From the NCBI GenBank assembly GCA_038327655.1, contig JBBQLG010000004.1, positions 32,302 through 96,301 of the forward strand: a DNA stretch of 64,000 nucleotides. The letters run 5' to 3'. The notes beneath the pieces are model-generated. The model was not told the origin of the DNA, searched no databases, and was given only the letters and a program-made list of their open reading frames with translations. The translations under genes and the position numbers were made by a program. Each line of letters begins with the position of its first letter. Position 1 is the stretch's first letter. This DNA is from Cytophagales bacterium. Its GTDB lineage: Bacteria > Bacteroidota > Bacteroidia > Cytophagales > Spirosomataceae. Of the stretch, positions 27,914 to 37,641 are shown one piece after another.

Positions 27914-27981
27914 TTAATTCCATCACACACAAACGCGCTGTTATCCTGGGATAACAGCGCGTTTGTGTGTGATGGAATTAG
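27914..27981. terminator. 31-bp perfect hairpin (loop CTGG) between convergent genes
   Basis: TAATTCCATCACACACAAACGCGCTGTTATC-ctgg-GATAACAGCGCGTTTGTGTGTGATGGAATTA. Confidence 0.7.
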
Positions 27982-27993
27982 TGAAAAACTAAG

Positions 27994-28992
27994 CTACGCG
28001 AATGTAGGCTGGTTAGCAATCCAGGTGAACTGGTAATCGAGTTCGGGTACTTTCAGCCGGTCCGCTACGCGCCGGAGCCGGGCGGGCAGGGCCATCAGGT
28101 AGTCACGGGCTTTTTCGCCGGCATCGTTCAGACCGGTGATCTGGTCGATTTTCCAGTCGACCAGCAGGCTGTCCAGAATCTCGACATAGTCCTGCGCGGT
28201 ATAGACACCTAAGCGCTGAGCGGCATCGGAGAAGTGAGCGTACGTTTTGCTGACCCCCTCGGCGGTTTCGCGCAGGAAGTGGGCAGGCATGACAATCTTT
28301 TTGCGCATCATGTCCTCAAACGACAGCATCATCTCCGACGCGTCGACTTCAAAAATGCCGCTCACAAACGTTTTATAGGCTTTGGCATGCCGGGCTTCGT
28401 CACCCGCGATGATGCCACATATTTTCGACAACTGCGGATTACCGAACGATTTGGCCAAAGTTGCCGTCCGGCGGTGCGAGACGTTAGTCGCCAGTTCCTG
28501 AAACGACGTGTACACGAAGTTACGGTAAGGGTCGGTACCGGTACCGATGTCGAAACCTTCGGCAATCAGGTGCTGCGTCGAGGTTTCGACGGCCCGCATG
28601 TTTACCCGGCCCGACAGGTACAAAAAGCGGTTCAGTAAGTCGCCGTGGCGGTTTTCTTCGGCCGTCCAGCCGCGTACCCACTTGCTCCACCCTTTCGGAT
28701 CGCCCTGGTTTACGCCTTCGACCGTCATCAGCCACGACTCATACGTCGGCAGTGCTTCTTCGGTAATGGTATCGCCAATGAGCACGGCTAAGTAATCGTA
28801 GGGTAATTCGCGGGCACTCTCCCGCAGTTCGCGAATGTCTTCGATGAACGTTTCGCTGGTCGAAACGGGCAACAGATCAGTCGGTTGCCAGTTGGTATCA
28901 ATCGGCTTCAGGAAATCCTCCAGAAACGATTCTATTTTGGTCGCGAGGTATTGCATAACCTCAATACGAGACGGATTCAATAACATAGTCAA
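27994..28992 (-). CDS. soluble acyl-ACP desaturase (diiron, stearoyl-ACP desaturase family)
   Basis: 332 aa with the two diiron-binding motifs EENRHG (TAEENRHGDLL) and DEARH (AGDEARHAKAY) at the expected spacing; overall plant/mycobacterial DesA-like. Confidence 0.8.
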   Translation of the reverse strand: MTMLLNPSRIEVMQYLATKIESFLEDFLKPIDTNWQPTDLLPVSTSETFIEDIRELRESARELPYDYLAVLIGDTITEEALPTYESWLMTVEGVNQGDPKGWSKWVRGWTAEENRHGDLLNRFLYLSGRVNMRAVETSTQHLIAEGFDIGTGTDPYRNFVYTSFQELATNVSHRRTATLAKSFGNPQLSKICGIIAGDEARHAKAYKTFVSGIFEVDASEMMLSFEDMMRKKIVMPAHFLRETAEGVSKTYAHFSDAAQRLGVYTAQDYVEILDSLLVDWKIDQITGLNDAGEKARDYLMALPARLRRVADRLKVPELDYQFTWIANQPTFA

Positions 28993-29159
28993 TGATAGAA
29001 AGCAAGTTCAATTTTTGCCGTAAGATACGTTTTTTCGGCCGATAAAGCTATAACAGCCACCAAACCGGGATGTTTGGCAGACAACTCCCCTTCCCCTCGG
29101 GCAAACATCTTGTCGACGGGGCGGTTAAACTAACGACCACTATCTAATTACTCATTGTT

Positions 29160-30512
29160 ATGACAACTCAGACATCGGGCCAGACGGCCCTCATCACTGG
29201 TGCTTCCAGCGGCATTGGTCAGGAACTTGCCAAACTGTTTGCCAAAGACGGCTACAACCTTGTGCTGGTTGGCCGCAGCGCAGATAAACTCCACCAGCTC
29301 GCCGACGAGTTCAGAACCAGCTACGGACTGGACCAGGTTACGGTAATTAGCAAAGACCTGTCGAAGGAAAATGCGGCTCAGGAACTGTACGACGACATTC
29401 GCAGCCAAGGCATTACCATCAATGTGCTGGTGAACGATGCGGGCGTGGGCACCTACGGCAAGTTTGCCAACGAAACCGACTGGGAAACCGAAAAGGACCT
29501 GATTCACCTGAACACCATTACGCTAACCCACCTGACGAAGCTTTACCTGAAGGAGATGGTGCAGCGCAATGAGGGTAAAATTCTGAATTTGGCTTCGCTC
29601 CTGTCCGTTACGCCTACTCCACTGATGGCGGTCTATGCCGCCACGAAGTCGTACGTCTACAATTTCTCGGCGTCGCTGGTCAACGAACTCAAAGGTACCA
29701 ATGTGACGGTGACGGCCCTGATGCCCAACGCAACCGACACCGACTTTTACAACAAGGCGGGCGCATCCGATATTAGGGTGACCGATCAGTTACAGGACCC
29801 GGCCATAGTCGCCAAAGCCGGTTACGAAGCTCTGATGAAAGGAGAAGCCAAAGTGGTACCCGAGGGACTGAGCAACAAAATGGTCGAATTCATGGGCCAC
29901 GTTGTTCCCCAGCAGACGATGGCGAGTATGATGCGGAGTGGCATGGAGCGTAAACCAAGCCCCGAAGAGAAACAGCAGTTGGTGTGGGCGTGGGGCATTG
30001 GCATTGCCGCCGTAGTTGTGGCCGGGATTGTGGTGGCGGCTCTGCTGACCGGCGACGATGACGACGACACGGAAGAGGTGTATGACGAAGCCAGCCAGGC
30101 CTATAAAACCGGCCGGGCTAAGCACCAGGCCAAAGGGCTGCTGGATAAGGCTCAGGAGACGTACGAAATGGCGAAGGGCAGTTTGAGCGGAACCTTGACG
30201 GACACCGTCGATGGTATCAAAGGTACCTTCGATGAGGCAAAGAGCACCCTCACCAATGGTGCGGTTCAGGCGGCTCACAGTGCGAAAGACCGCTACGACG
30301 ATGCGAAGGATAGCCTGACAAATGGCGCGGCTAACGCGGTTCACGATGCTCAGGACCGGTACGACGCCGTAAAAGGCAGAGCCACCAAAGGCGCGGCTTA
30401 TGCCATGCACGAGGCAAGAGACCGGTACGACGATGCTGTCGACGAGACAAACGATACGTGGGAGACTATTAAAAATATAGTGACCAAAGTAGTAGTCAAC
30501 GCCTTGGCGTAA
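29160..30512 (+). CDS. SDR family oxidoreductase fused to a TM segment, Asp-rich linker and three 21-aa repeats
   Basis: N-terminus TGASSGIG...NDAG...YAATK is classic SDR. Then WAWGIGIAAVVVAGIVVAALL (TM) and DDDDDTEE. Then three copies of a T(N/K)GAxxAxHxAxDRYDDA(K/V)D unit. Confidence 0.75.
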   Translation: MTTQTSGQTALITGASSGIGQELAKLFAKDGYNLVLVGRSADKLHQLADEFRTSYGLDQVTVISKDLSKENAAQELYDDIRSQGITINVLVNDAGVGTYGKFANETDWETEKDLIHLNTITLTHLTKLYLKEMVQRNEGKILNLASLLSVTPTPLMAVYAATKSYVYNFSASLVNELKGTNVTVTALMPNATDTDFYNKAGASDIRVTDQLQDPAIVAKAGYEALMKGEAKVVPEGLSNKMVEFMGHVVPQQTMASMMRSGMERKPSPEEKQQLVWAWGIGIAAVVVAGIVVAALLTGDDDDDTEEVYDEASQAYKTGRAKHQAKGLLDKAQETYEMAKGSLSGTLTDTVDGIKGTFDEAKSTLTNGAVQAAHSAKDRYDDAKDSLTNGAANAVHDAQDRYDAVKGRATKGAAYAMHEARDRYDDAVDETNDTWETIKNIVTKVVVNALA

Positions 30513-30569
30513 AACATCTTCACCTGCCCGGCTTCTGGTTACGGAAGCCGGGTTTTCTTTTTTATAGCC

Positions 30570-31520
30570 ATGAAAAAACTGAATATATGGCGGGTGGCCA
30601 CGGCCCTGTTTGCCGCTGGCAGCATCATTTACACCGCCACCTCGAGCAGCCGGTCACGGCAGACCGGGCGGCAGCAGAAACGGGCCACGTCCGAACCGGA
30701 GTTCGATGTGCCGGTTGAGTACCAAAAAGTCTTCGACCAAAACATGATTATTCCGGCGGGATGGGCGTTCGCGCTGGTTTGGTCTACCGTATATTCGGGT
30801 CTGGGTGCCTTGCTGGTGCACCAGGCTTTACCGGCGCAGGCGGCCAATCCGCGCTACCAGAAAGCACTGCCGTGGTGGTGGGCCAGTTTTGCGCTGAATG
30901 CTGTGTTCGGCCGGTTCTTTAACGATAACCATAAACGCAGCATCCTTATCTCCGACCTGACGACCAAACTGAATCTGTCGGCGGCTCTGGCCCTGCACCA
31001 CAGCCTGGCGATTGGCAAAACGGAGGTGAACGGCCCCGAAAAATACGGGCGCATTCCCGTAAGCCTCTACGTCGGCTGGCTTACGGCGGCAACCGTAGTA
31101 GGCACACCCGACACGCTGCTAACACTGGGCTGGTGGCAACCCAACCGGCAGCGCGACACCCTTTTATCCTCCGCTGTGCTGGGCGCAACGGGTCTGCTGG
31201 GGTACGGCGTTGCCCGTCGCCTGAATGACCCGTGGTACATGGTGCCGTTCGTGGCGGGTTTCGGGGGGATTGCGTCGCGGCAGTGGCAGCGCGAACCGTT
31301 AGTGGCCCTGAAAGCGGTAAGTTGGGCAGTTATTTACGCGGGCTTGCTGGCCTATTGGTTACCGAAGGGCAAATTTCAGGACTATGAGCATCCGGTAAAA
31401 GACACGACTGGCGTAGACCTGATTGACGATGCAGCCAGGCACCTGACGGATGCCGAAGTAATGGAATCCGATAGTCCCTACCGGCAGATGGACCCCATCG
31501 AAGCCGAAGGGCTGGATTAG
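30570..31520 (+). CDS. TspO/MBR (tryptophan-rich sensory protein) family membrane protein, extended
   Basis: Trp-rich TM segments matching TspO signature positions (PAGWAFALVWSTVYSGLGAL; LPWWWASFALNAVFGRFF; VSLYVGWLTAATVVG). About twice the usual TspO length. Confidence 0.5.
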   Translation: MKKLNIWRVATALFAAGSIIYTATSSSRSRQTGRQQKRATSEPEFDVPVEYQKVFDQNMIIPAGWAFALVWSTVYSGLGALLVHQALPAQAANPRYQKALPWWWASFALNAVFGRFFNDNHKRSILISDLTTKLNLSAALALHHSLAIGKTEVNGPEKYGRIPVSLYVGWLTAATVVGTPDTLLTLGWWQPNRQRDTLLSSAVLGATGLLGYGVARRLNDPWYMVPFVAGFGGIASRQWQREPLVALKAVSWAVIYAGLLAYWLPKGKFQDYEHPVKDTTGVDLIDDAARHLTDAEVMESDSPYRQMDPIEAEGLD

Positions 31521-31543
31521 CCGTTGCTGTTGTTTTGCCACCC

Positions 31544-31570
31544 AAAGCCGCCCCGACAGGCGGCTTTTTT
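31544..31570 (+). terminator. rho-independent terminator
   Basis: AAAGCCGCC-ccgaca-GGCGGCTTT followed by TTTT, just after the TspO-like gene. Confidence 0.7.
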
Positions 31571-31695
31571 GTTGCCATCCGGTCGTTCATCCGGCTATAC
31601 GCTCGTTTGTACAAGTCGTATTGATTTTTATCAATTTAATTGGCTGTATTACGTAACTGTTTAGACAGCAGCACTTTTCTAAACCCAATGCACGT

Positions 31696-32943
31696 ATGGA
31701 CTCTCAATTAACGGTACCTTCCCGGCCAACAATCGGCAAGTTGGAACGCATTCAGGTCGTCGATGCCCTGCGCGGCTTTGCCCTGTTTGGCATTTTGCTG
31801 GTCCACGCATCCAGTTGGTTCGATGGCGGCCCGCTGCCCGGCTCGGTCTACCAGATCAATGCGCAGGGACTCGCCAACACGATTATCCAGACCGTCGTCG
31901 GCATCTTCTTCAGTGGTAAGTTTTATACCTTTTTTTCCTTCCTGTTCGGGCTAAGTTTCGCCCTGATGCTGACCCGCGCGACCGAATCGGATGGGGCTTT
32001 TCTCAAACGGTTTGTCTGGCGGCTACTCATTCTGGGCGCAATCGGCGGGCTGCACAGTCTGCACTGGCGGGGTGACATCCTGAGCATTTACGCCATGCTG
32101 GGGTTTATCATGCTCTTCTTTCGCAGGGCACCCACCCGTTTCACCCTCATGGTGGCCGTGCTGCTGACCCTTAACCTGCCCATTCGGATTCGCGATGGGT
32201 ACACATCATTGTTTAGTACCCCACCGGCCAAAGCCCAACTCGACAAACAACGAAAGGCCGATGACGCCCAGATAGCGGCCAATTACGAGGTGATTAAACA
32301 CGGCAGTTATGCGGCTATGCTCCGGGTTAATCTAAACGAGTTCAGGACCAAAATGGATTTCCAGTTCGATAGCGGCCGGATTTACATCACGCTCGGTTTT
32401 TTTCTGCTGGGTCTCTACGCCGGTCGCCGACGGCTGTTCCAGAACCTGCCCGAACACGGGCCGTTGTTTCGTACAGTCACAAAGTACAGTGGCTTCACGG
32501 TATTGGGTATCATTCTGCTGTTTGCAGCCTCTATCGCCCTAATTGGTCAGGACAAGCAACCGCCCAAAGCCGTCGAACTTATTTTTTCGGGGCTGTTCGA
32601 CCTCGGCAACGGTGCCCTGACGGTGTTTTATATTACGGGTCTCACCCTGCTGTTCCAGCGGGTCTCCTGGCAGCGGATTGCGGAGCCATTGGCAGCAGTC
32701 GGGAAGATGGCCCTGACCAACTACGTGAGCCAGTCCGTGATTGGCACCCTGCTCTTTTACGGATACGGCCTCAATCTGCTTGGTGAGATCAGCACAGCTA
32801 CGGCGACCTCTTTAGCCATTCCGATTTTTCTGGCTCAGGTATTATTTAGCCGGTGGTGGCTGGCGCGGTTTCAGTACGGCCCACTGGAATGGATCTGGCG
32901 TTCGCTCACCTACGGCCGCGCCCAGCCAATGCGTTTGGTTTAG
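31696..32943 (+). CDS. DUF418 (YeiB-like) family membrane protein
   Basis: N-terminal signature RIQVVDALRGFALFGILLVHA and multiple TM helices. 415 aa. Confidence 0.65.
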   Translation: MDSQLTVPSRPTIGKLERIQVVDALRGFALFGILLVHASSWFDGGPLPGSVYQINAQGLANTIIQTVVGIFFSGKFYTFFSFLFGLSFALMLTRATESDGAFLKRFVWRLLILGAIGGLHSLHWRGDILSIYAMLGFIMLFFRRAPTRFTLMVAVLLTLNLPIRIRDGYTSLFSTPPAKAQLDKQRKADDAQIAANYEVIKHGSYAAMLRVNLNEFRTKMDFQFDSGRIYITLGFFLLGLYAGRRRLFQNLPEHGPLFRTVTKYSGFTVLGIILLFAASIALIGQDKQPPKAVELIFSGLFDLGNGALTVFYITGLTLLFQRVSWQRIAEPLAAVGKMALTNYVSQSVIGTLLFYGYGLNLLGEISTATATSLAIPIFLAQVLFSRWWLARFQYGPLEWIWRSLTYGRAQPMRLV

Positions 32944-33725
32944 TTCAGGTTCAGGCCAACGGTAATACCCAGCCAGGGCTTGTTCTGATAGATCCAGAGG
33001 CTGCGGTTGCTGTCGGTAATGGTTTCGATGCCGACGGCAAGCCCGGCCGAGAAATTTGCAAAACTAAACGTCGTGTTCAGTCCGTAATTCAGCCCCAGCG
33101 CCTGATAATCGTCCTGCACCCGGCCGAGCGTACTGAATGAGGTGATCGTAGCCGGGGCGAAACACAAAAAGCCGCCCAATCCCACGCTAAACGTCGAGAT
33201 TTCGGACCGTTGATTATGCCGAAAATAAACCGTCCGGTAGCGGCCCAGGTCGTAGCGTTCGCCAATATAAATTCCCACGTTCAGCTTGTCTTCGAGTTGT
33301 CCCGGTTGATTGGCGGTTTTAAACCGGTATTTAAACGGCAGCGTGAATAAGTCGATGTCTATGGCCGTGGTCTGGTAGCGAAACCAGGGGCTTTTTTCCT
33401 CGATCTTGTTCAGCGTCGGGTTGTAGTGCAGAAAAAATACGGCCAGCGAATCCGACTGATCGATGGTATTTGGGTCGCCATCGGGCGGGGGCAGGGTTTC
33501 TGACAGCAGTTCGGCGTAGAGGGTATCGGCCCGTTCGTAGAGAGCCGCTTTGACACGTTGGGTCAGGACTTTTGCTTTTACGCCCCCCTTTTTGGTGTAC
33601 GAATACATCGTCTGGTGGCGCGGAATCTGAAACACCTGATTGAGTGCCGTGGTGTCGTTCCGCTGACGAATGCTGGCGCAGGAGCACATAATGAGCAGTA
33701 CGAATAGGTAAAAGATGGATTTCAT
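32940..33725 (-). CDS. hypothetical lipoprotein / outer-membrane protein
   Basis: Signal peptide with lipobox (LLIMCSCAS). Beta-rich C-terminus ending in aromatic-x-aromatic. No family assignment. Confidence 0.4.
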   Translation of the reverse strand: MKSIFYLFVLLIMCSCASIRQRNDTTALNQVFQIPRHQTMYSYTKKGGVKAKVLTQRVKAALYERADTLYAELLSETLPPPDGDPNTIDQSDSLAVFFLHYNPTLNKIEEKSPWFRYQTTAIDIDLFTLPFKYRFKTANQPGQLEDKLNVGIYIGERYDLGRYRTVYFRHNQRSEISTFSVGLGGFLCFAPATITSFSTLGRVQDDYQALGLNYGLNTTFSFANFSAGLAVGIETITDSNRSLWIYQNKPWLGITVGLNLN

Positions 33726-33869
33726 AAAAGGCTGCGGTTTTATCCAGAACCCAAAACCATGTCAGTTGGCTGTGTTAGTTTAGCGAGTGACCTGCATCCG
33801 TTCGACGAACAGACCGCGTCGGCTGACGTTTTGAGGTATTTTGCGCCCTTCCGCCTTCACCACTATACC

Positions 33870-34355
33870 ATGCCCAACACCTATACCCAACTATATTGCC
33901 AGATAGTCTTCGCGGTGAAAGGCCGTCAGAACCTGATTTCCCGGACGTACAACGAAGAGTTGCATAAATACATAACCGGTATTGTACAGAATCGTGGAGC
34001 CAAATTACTGGCCGTTTACGCCATGCCCGACCATGTCCATTTGTTTGTCGGCTTCAACCCGACCCATACCCTCTCCGATTTGATTCGTGACGTAAAATCG
34101 TCCCCATCCGGCTTTATCAAGGAGAAGGGCTGGGTAAACGCTTTTGCCTGGCAGGAAGGGTACGGCGCGTTCACGTATGGGCAGTCGCAGGTAAAGGACG
34201 TGATTCGGTACGTGTTAGATCAGGAGGAGCATCACCGCAAATGCACCTTTCAATCGGAATACCTGCTGTTCCTGAAGCGATTCGAGGTACCCTATGACCC
34301 AAAATATGTATTCGAGTTTTACGACGAACCAGCCGAAAGTCAGCCACGCGAATAG
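33870..34355 (+). CDS. IS200-like Y1 (HuH) transposase; probable REP-associated tyrosine transposase (RAYT)
   Basis: Start taken at MPNTYTQLY (listed ORF begins 111 nt earlier). Motifs align with IS200 TnpA: LYCQIVFAVKGRQ (cf. YHIVFAPKYRR), HuH motif MPDHVHLFVGFNP (cf. CPDHIHMLVEIPP) and catalytic Tyr region AWQEGYGAFTYG. No tnpB partner. Followed by a REP-like repeat array. Confidence 0.75.
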   Translation: MPNTYTQLYCQIVFAVKGRQNLISRTYNEELHKYITGIVQNRGAKLLAVYAMPDHVHLFVGFNPTHTLSDLIRDVKSSPSGFIKEKGWVNAFAWQEGYGAFTYGQSQVKDVIRYVLDQEEHHRKCTFQSEYLLFLKRFEVPYDPKYVFEFYDEPAESQPRE

Positions 34356-34540
34356 CCTCAGAGGACGATCTGTCAATAGAGAAAGCTATATCGTCACGCA
34401 CAGATAATGCCCCGGAGGGGCGACCTGTCAATAGCAAGGATATCACCTACGCATCGTTGAAGCCCCGGCGGGGCGACCTGTCAATAGAGAATGCCGAATG
34501 TGAAGCGACATAAGCCCTCGAGGGGCGACCTATCAATCGA
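34356..34540 (+). repeat. array of four ~25-bp REP-like direct repeats at 52-55 bp periodicity
   Basis: Copies contain the cores CTGTCAATAG at 34370, 34425 and 34478 and CTATCAATCG at 34530. Consensus CCCCGG(A/C)GGGGCGACCTGTCAATAG with a GC-rich self-complementary 5-prime part. Terminal copies are more degenerate. Confidence 0.7.
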
Positions 34541-34692
34541 AACGATCTTCCACAAAACCCCGATTTACGTTAAGCCATTCTGTCACAAAAACACTATTTC
34601 CGCCAGATTTACCGCCAAAATGACCGAAATTCCCACCTGGCCCACCTTTTGTTGGTAGTAATGTGTAAGTAATAACGGTAACCCGACAACCC

Positions 34693-37341
34693 ATGAATCT
34701 CAACGCATACACCATAAAAGCGCAGGAAATTATTCAGCAGGCCGCCCAGATTGCGCAGGGCAACGGCCAGCAAACCGTCGAAACCGGCCATGTGCTGAAA
34801 GCCATTCTGGACGAAGACCCCAACACCGTCGGGTTTCTGGCCAAAAAATCGGGTGTCGATAGCAGTCGCCTGACAATGGCCTTAGACGCCATCGTGAGCA
34901 GCTACCCGAAGGTAACTCTGTCCGGCAGTGACCAACAGGGCATCTATCTGGGCAACGACCTGAACGCAGCCTTACAACGCGCCACCACGAACATGAAAAC
35001 GTTCGGCGATGAGTACGTCAGCGTCGAACTGATGCTGCTGGGGCTCATCGGCGGAAAAGATACCATCGCAACCTTACTGAAAGATGTCGGGTTTAGCGAG
35101 AAGAAAGTCAATGAAGCCATCAAAGAACTACGAGGTAAAGACAACGCTGTGAAAGATCAAAACGCGGAAGCCAAGTACCGGTCCTTAGAGCGGTATAGCA
35201 AGAACCTGAATGAGATGGCGCGTGCGGGAAAAATCGACCCCGTGATTGGCCGCGACGAAGAAATACGGCGGGTGCTCCAGATTCTGAGCCGCCGGACCAA
35301 AAACAACCCGATCCTGATCGGTGAGCCGGGCGTTGGTAAAACCGCCATTGTCGAAGGTTTAGCGCAGCGAATTGTGCAGGGCGACGTTCCCGAAAACCTC
35401 AAATCGAAGATCATTGTCTCGCTCGACATGGGTCTGCTGGTGGCCGGTGCCAAATACAAAGGCGAGTTTGAAGAGCGGCTGAAGGCCGTTATTAAGGAAG
35501 TAACCGATGCCGAAGGCGAAATCATCCTGTTCATCGACGAGATTCATACGCTCATCGGGGCCGGTGGTGGCGAGGGCGCGATGGACGCGGCCAACCTCCT
35601 GAAACCCGCTTTGGCCCGTGGTGAACTCCACGCCATTGGTGCCACCACACTGAAAGAATATCAGAAATACATCGAGAAAGATAAGGCCCTCGAGCGCCGG
35701 TTCCAGTCCGTGTTGGTGGATGAGCCGGACGTAGCGGATGCGATCTCGATTCTGCGCGGTATCAAGGATAAATACGAACTGCACCACGGCGTTCGGATTC
35801 AGGACGACGCCGTTATTGCCGCCGTGGAACTCTCGAACCGCTACATCTCCGACCGGTTTTTGCCCGACAAGGCCATTGACCTCATGGACGAAGCGGCTGC
35901 CAAGATGCGGCTGGAAATCGACTCCGTTCCCGAAGAATTGGACGAGTTGAACCGCCGGATTATGCAGTTGGAGATCGAGCGCGAAGCCATCCGCCGGGAA
36001 GAAAATCGCGAAAAAGAAACCGTTTTGAGCCGTCAACTCGCTGACCTCAGCGAACAGCGTGACGATCTGAAAGCCAAGTGGCAGAACGAAAAATCGGCAC
36101 TTGACCTGATTAGGGCCGAAAAAGAGAAGATTGACCAGTACAAAATCGAAGCCGAGCAGGCCGAACGCGCCGGTGATTACGGCCGCGTTGCTGAACTACG
36201 CTACGGCAAGATTCTGGAAAGCGAGAACAAGCTGAAGGAGTTGCAGAGCCAGAGCAAAGATAGTCAGGGCGACAAAGGCATGTTGCAGGAGGAAGTTACC
36301 GCCGACGACATCGCTGAAGTAGTGGCCAAGTGGACGGGCATTCCGGTGAGCCGAATGATGCAGTCGGAACGCGAAAAACTGCTGCACCTCGAAGATGAGC
36401 TGGCCAAACGCGTAGCCGGTCAGGAAGAAGCCATCGAAGTCGTGGCCGACGCCGTTCGCCGGAGCCGCGCCGGGATGCAGGACCCCAAGCGGCCGATTGG
36501 CTCGTTCATTTTCCTCGGCACCACCGGCGTTGGCAAAACCGAACTGGCGAAAGCCTTAGCCGATTACCTGTTCAATGACGACAATGCGCTGGTACGGATC
36601 GACATGTCGGAATACCAGGAACGCCATGCCGTCAGCCGCCTGATTGGTGCCCCTCCGGGTTACGTGGGCTACGACGAAGGTGGTCAGTTGACCGAAGCCG
36701 TACGCCGGAAACCATACAGCGTCATTCTGCTGGACGAGATCGAAAAAGCCCACCCCGATGTGTTCAACATCCTGCTCCAGGTGCTGGACGATGGCCGCCT
36801 GACGGACAGTAAAGGACGCGTGGCGAACTTCAAAAATACGATCATCATCATGACCTCGAACATCGGTTCGCACATCATCCGCGAGCGGTTCGCCGAGATC
36901 ACCAAGAGCAACCGGGAGCAGATCATCGACGATACCAAGATCGAAGTGTTCGAGTTGCTGAAACAGACCCTACGGCCCGAGTTTTTAAACCGGATCGACG
37001 AGATTGTGATGTTCCAGCCGCTGACCCGCGCCGAGATTCGCAAGATTGTGGGTATTCAGTTCAAGCAGATTCAGCAGCGGCTGGCCGATCAGGGCATCAC
37101 GCTTGAAGCAGACTCCGAGGTACTCGACTTCATCGGCAACGAAGGCTTCGATCCGCAGTTTGGTGCCCGGCCGTTGAAACGTGTATTACAGCGTCGCATC
37201 CTGAACGCCCTCTCGAAAGAGATTTTATCGGGCCGCATTCAGAAAGACGCCGTCGTGGGCATGATGATGAACGAAGACGAAACCGGCAGCAAAGACATCA
37301 TCTTCTACAACCTCGACAAGATGGTGCCGGTGCTGGAGTAA
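34693..37341 (+). CDS. clpB: ATP-dependent chaperone ClpB
   Basis: 882 aa; Clp N domain, two AAA+ modules (GEPGVGKT; GTTGVGKT), long middle coiled coil, sensor GARPLKR. Confidence 0.95.
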   Translation: MNLNAYTIKAQEIIQQAAQIAQGNGQQTVETGHVLKAILDEDPNTVGFLAKKSGVDSSRLTMALDAIVSSYPKVTLSGSDQQGIYLGNDLNAALQRATTNMKTFGDEYVSVELMLLGLIGGKDTIATLLKDVGFSEKKVNEAIKELRGKDNAVKDQNAEAKYRSLERYSKNLNEMARAGKIDPVIGRDEEIRRVLQILSRRTKNNPILIGEPGVGKTAIVEGLAQRIVQGDVPENLKSKIIVSLDMGLLVAGAKYKGEFEERLKAVIKEVTDAEGEIILFIDEIHTLIGAGGGEGAMDAANLLKPALARGELHAIGATTLKEYQKYIEKDKALERRFQSVLVDEPDVADAISILRGIKDKYELHHGVRIQDDAVIAAVELSNRYISDRFLPDKAIDLMDEAAAKMRLEIDSVPEELDELNRRIMQLEIEREAIRREENREKETVLSRQLADLSEQRDDLKAKWQNEKSALDLIRAEKEKIDQYKIEAEQAERAGDYGRVAELRYGKILESENKLKELQSQSKDSQGDKGMLQEEVTADDIAEVVAKWTGIPVSRMMQSEREKLLHLEDELAKRVAGQEEAIEVVADAVRRSRAGMQDPKRPIGSFIFLGTTGVGKTELAKALADYLFNDDNALVRIDMSEYQERHAVSRLIGAPPGYVGYDEGGQLTEAVRRKPYSVILLDEIEKAHPDVFNILLQVLDDGRLTDSKGRVANFKNTIIIMTSNIGSHIIRERFAEITKSNREQIIDDTKIEVFELLKQTLRPEFLNRIDEIVMFQPLTRAEIRKIVGIQFKQIQQRLADQGITLEADSEVLDFIGNEGFDPQFGARPLKRVLQRRILNALSKEILSGRIQKDAVVGMMMNEDETGSKDIIFYNLDKMVPVLE

Positions 37342-37431
37342 CAGATTTGAGATATGGAAAACGCCCGGCTGGAAGGTCGGGCGTTTTCGTCTATACTGTG
37401 TATCTTTGTTGACTGCCTAAACGCTCATTTT

Positions 37432-37641
37432 ATGCCTACTGTCCAATACGTCACAGATGTCAACGGCAAGCCGCTTTACGTGCAGCTTCCGATTAAGGAG
37501 TACGAAAAATTACTGGCTGGTGCTGAAGAATTGGCCGACATTACCGCTTACAAAAAAGCAAAGGCACAGCCCGGAAAATCCATACCGTTCGACGAAGCCT
37601 TCAAAGAGATTGAAGCGCATCACCGCAAGCACAACGCGTGA
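37432..37641 (+). CDS. type II antitoxin (Phd/YefM- or RelB-like) paired with the downstream RelE/ParE toxin
   Basis: 69 aa from MPTVQYVTDVNGKPLYVQLPIKEYEKLL. Its stop overlaps the toxin start (ATGA at 37638). Listed ORF starts earlier at 37354. Confidence 0.55.
   Translation: MPTVQYVTDVNGKPLYVQLPIKEYEKLLAGAEELADITAYKKAKAQPGKSIPFDEAFKEIEAHHRKHNA

Noticed and set aside
34356-34540. The four regularly spaced ~25-bp repeats with unique ~27-bp spacers could be read as a mini CRISPR array.
   Set aside because: Repeats are short and not identical (copies differ at several positions, and not only the terminal one). There are no cas genes anywhere in the window. The array abuts a Y1/HuH transposase, which is the hallmark of REP/RAYT units. 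A genome-wide count of the repeat would settle this.
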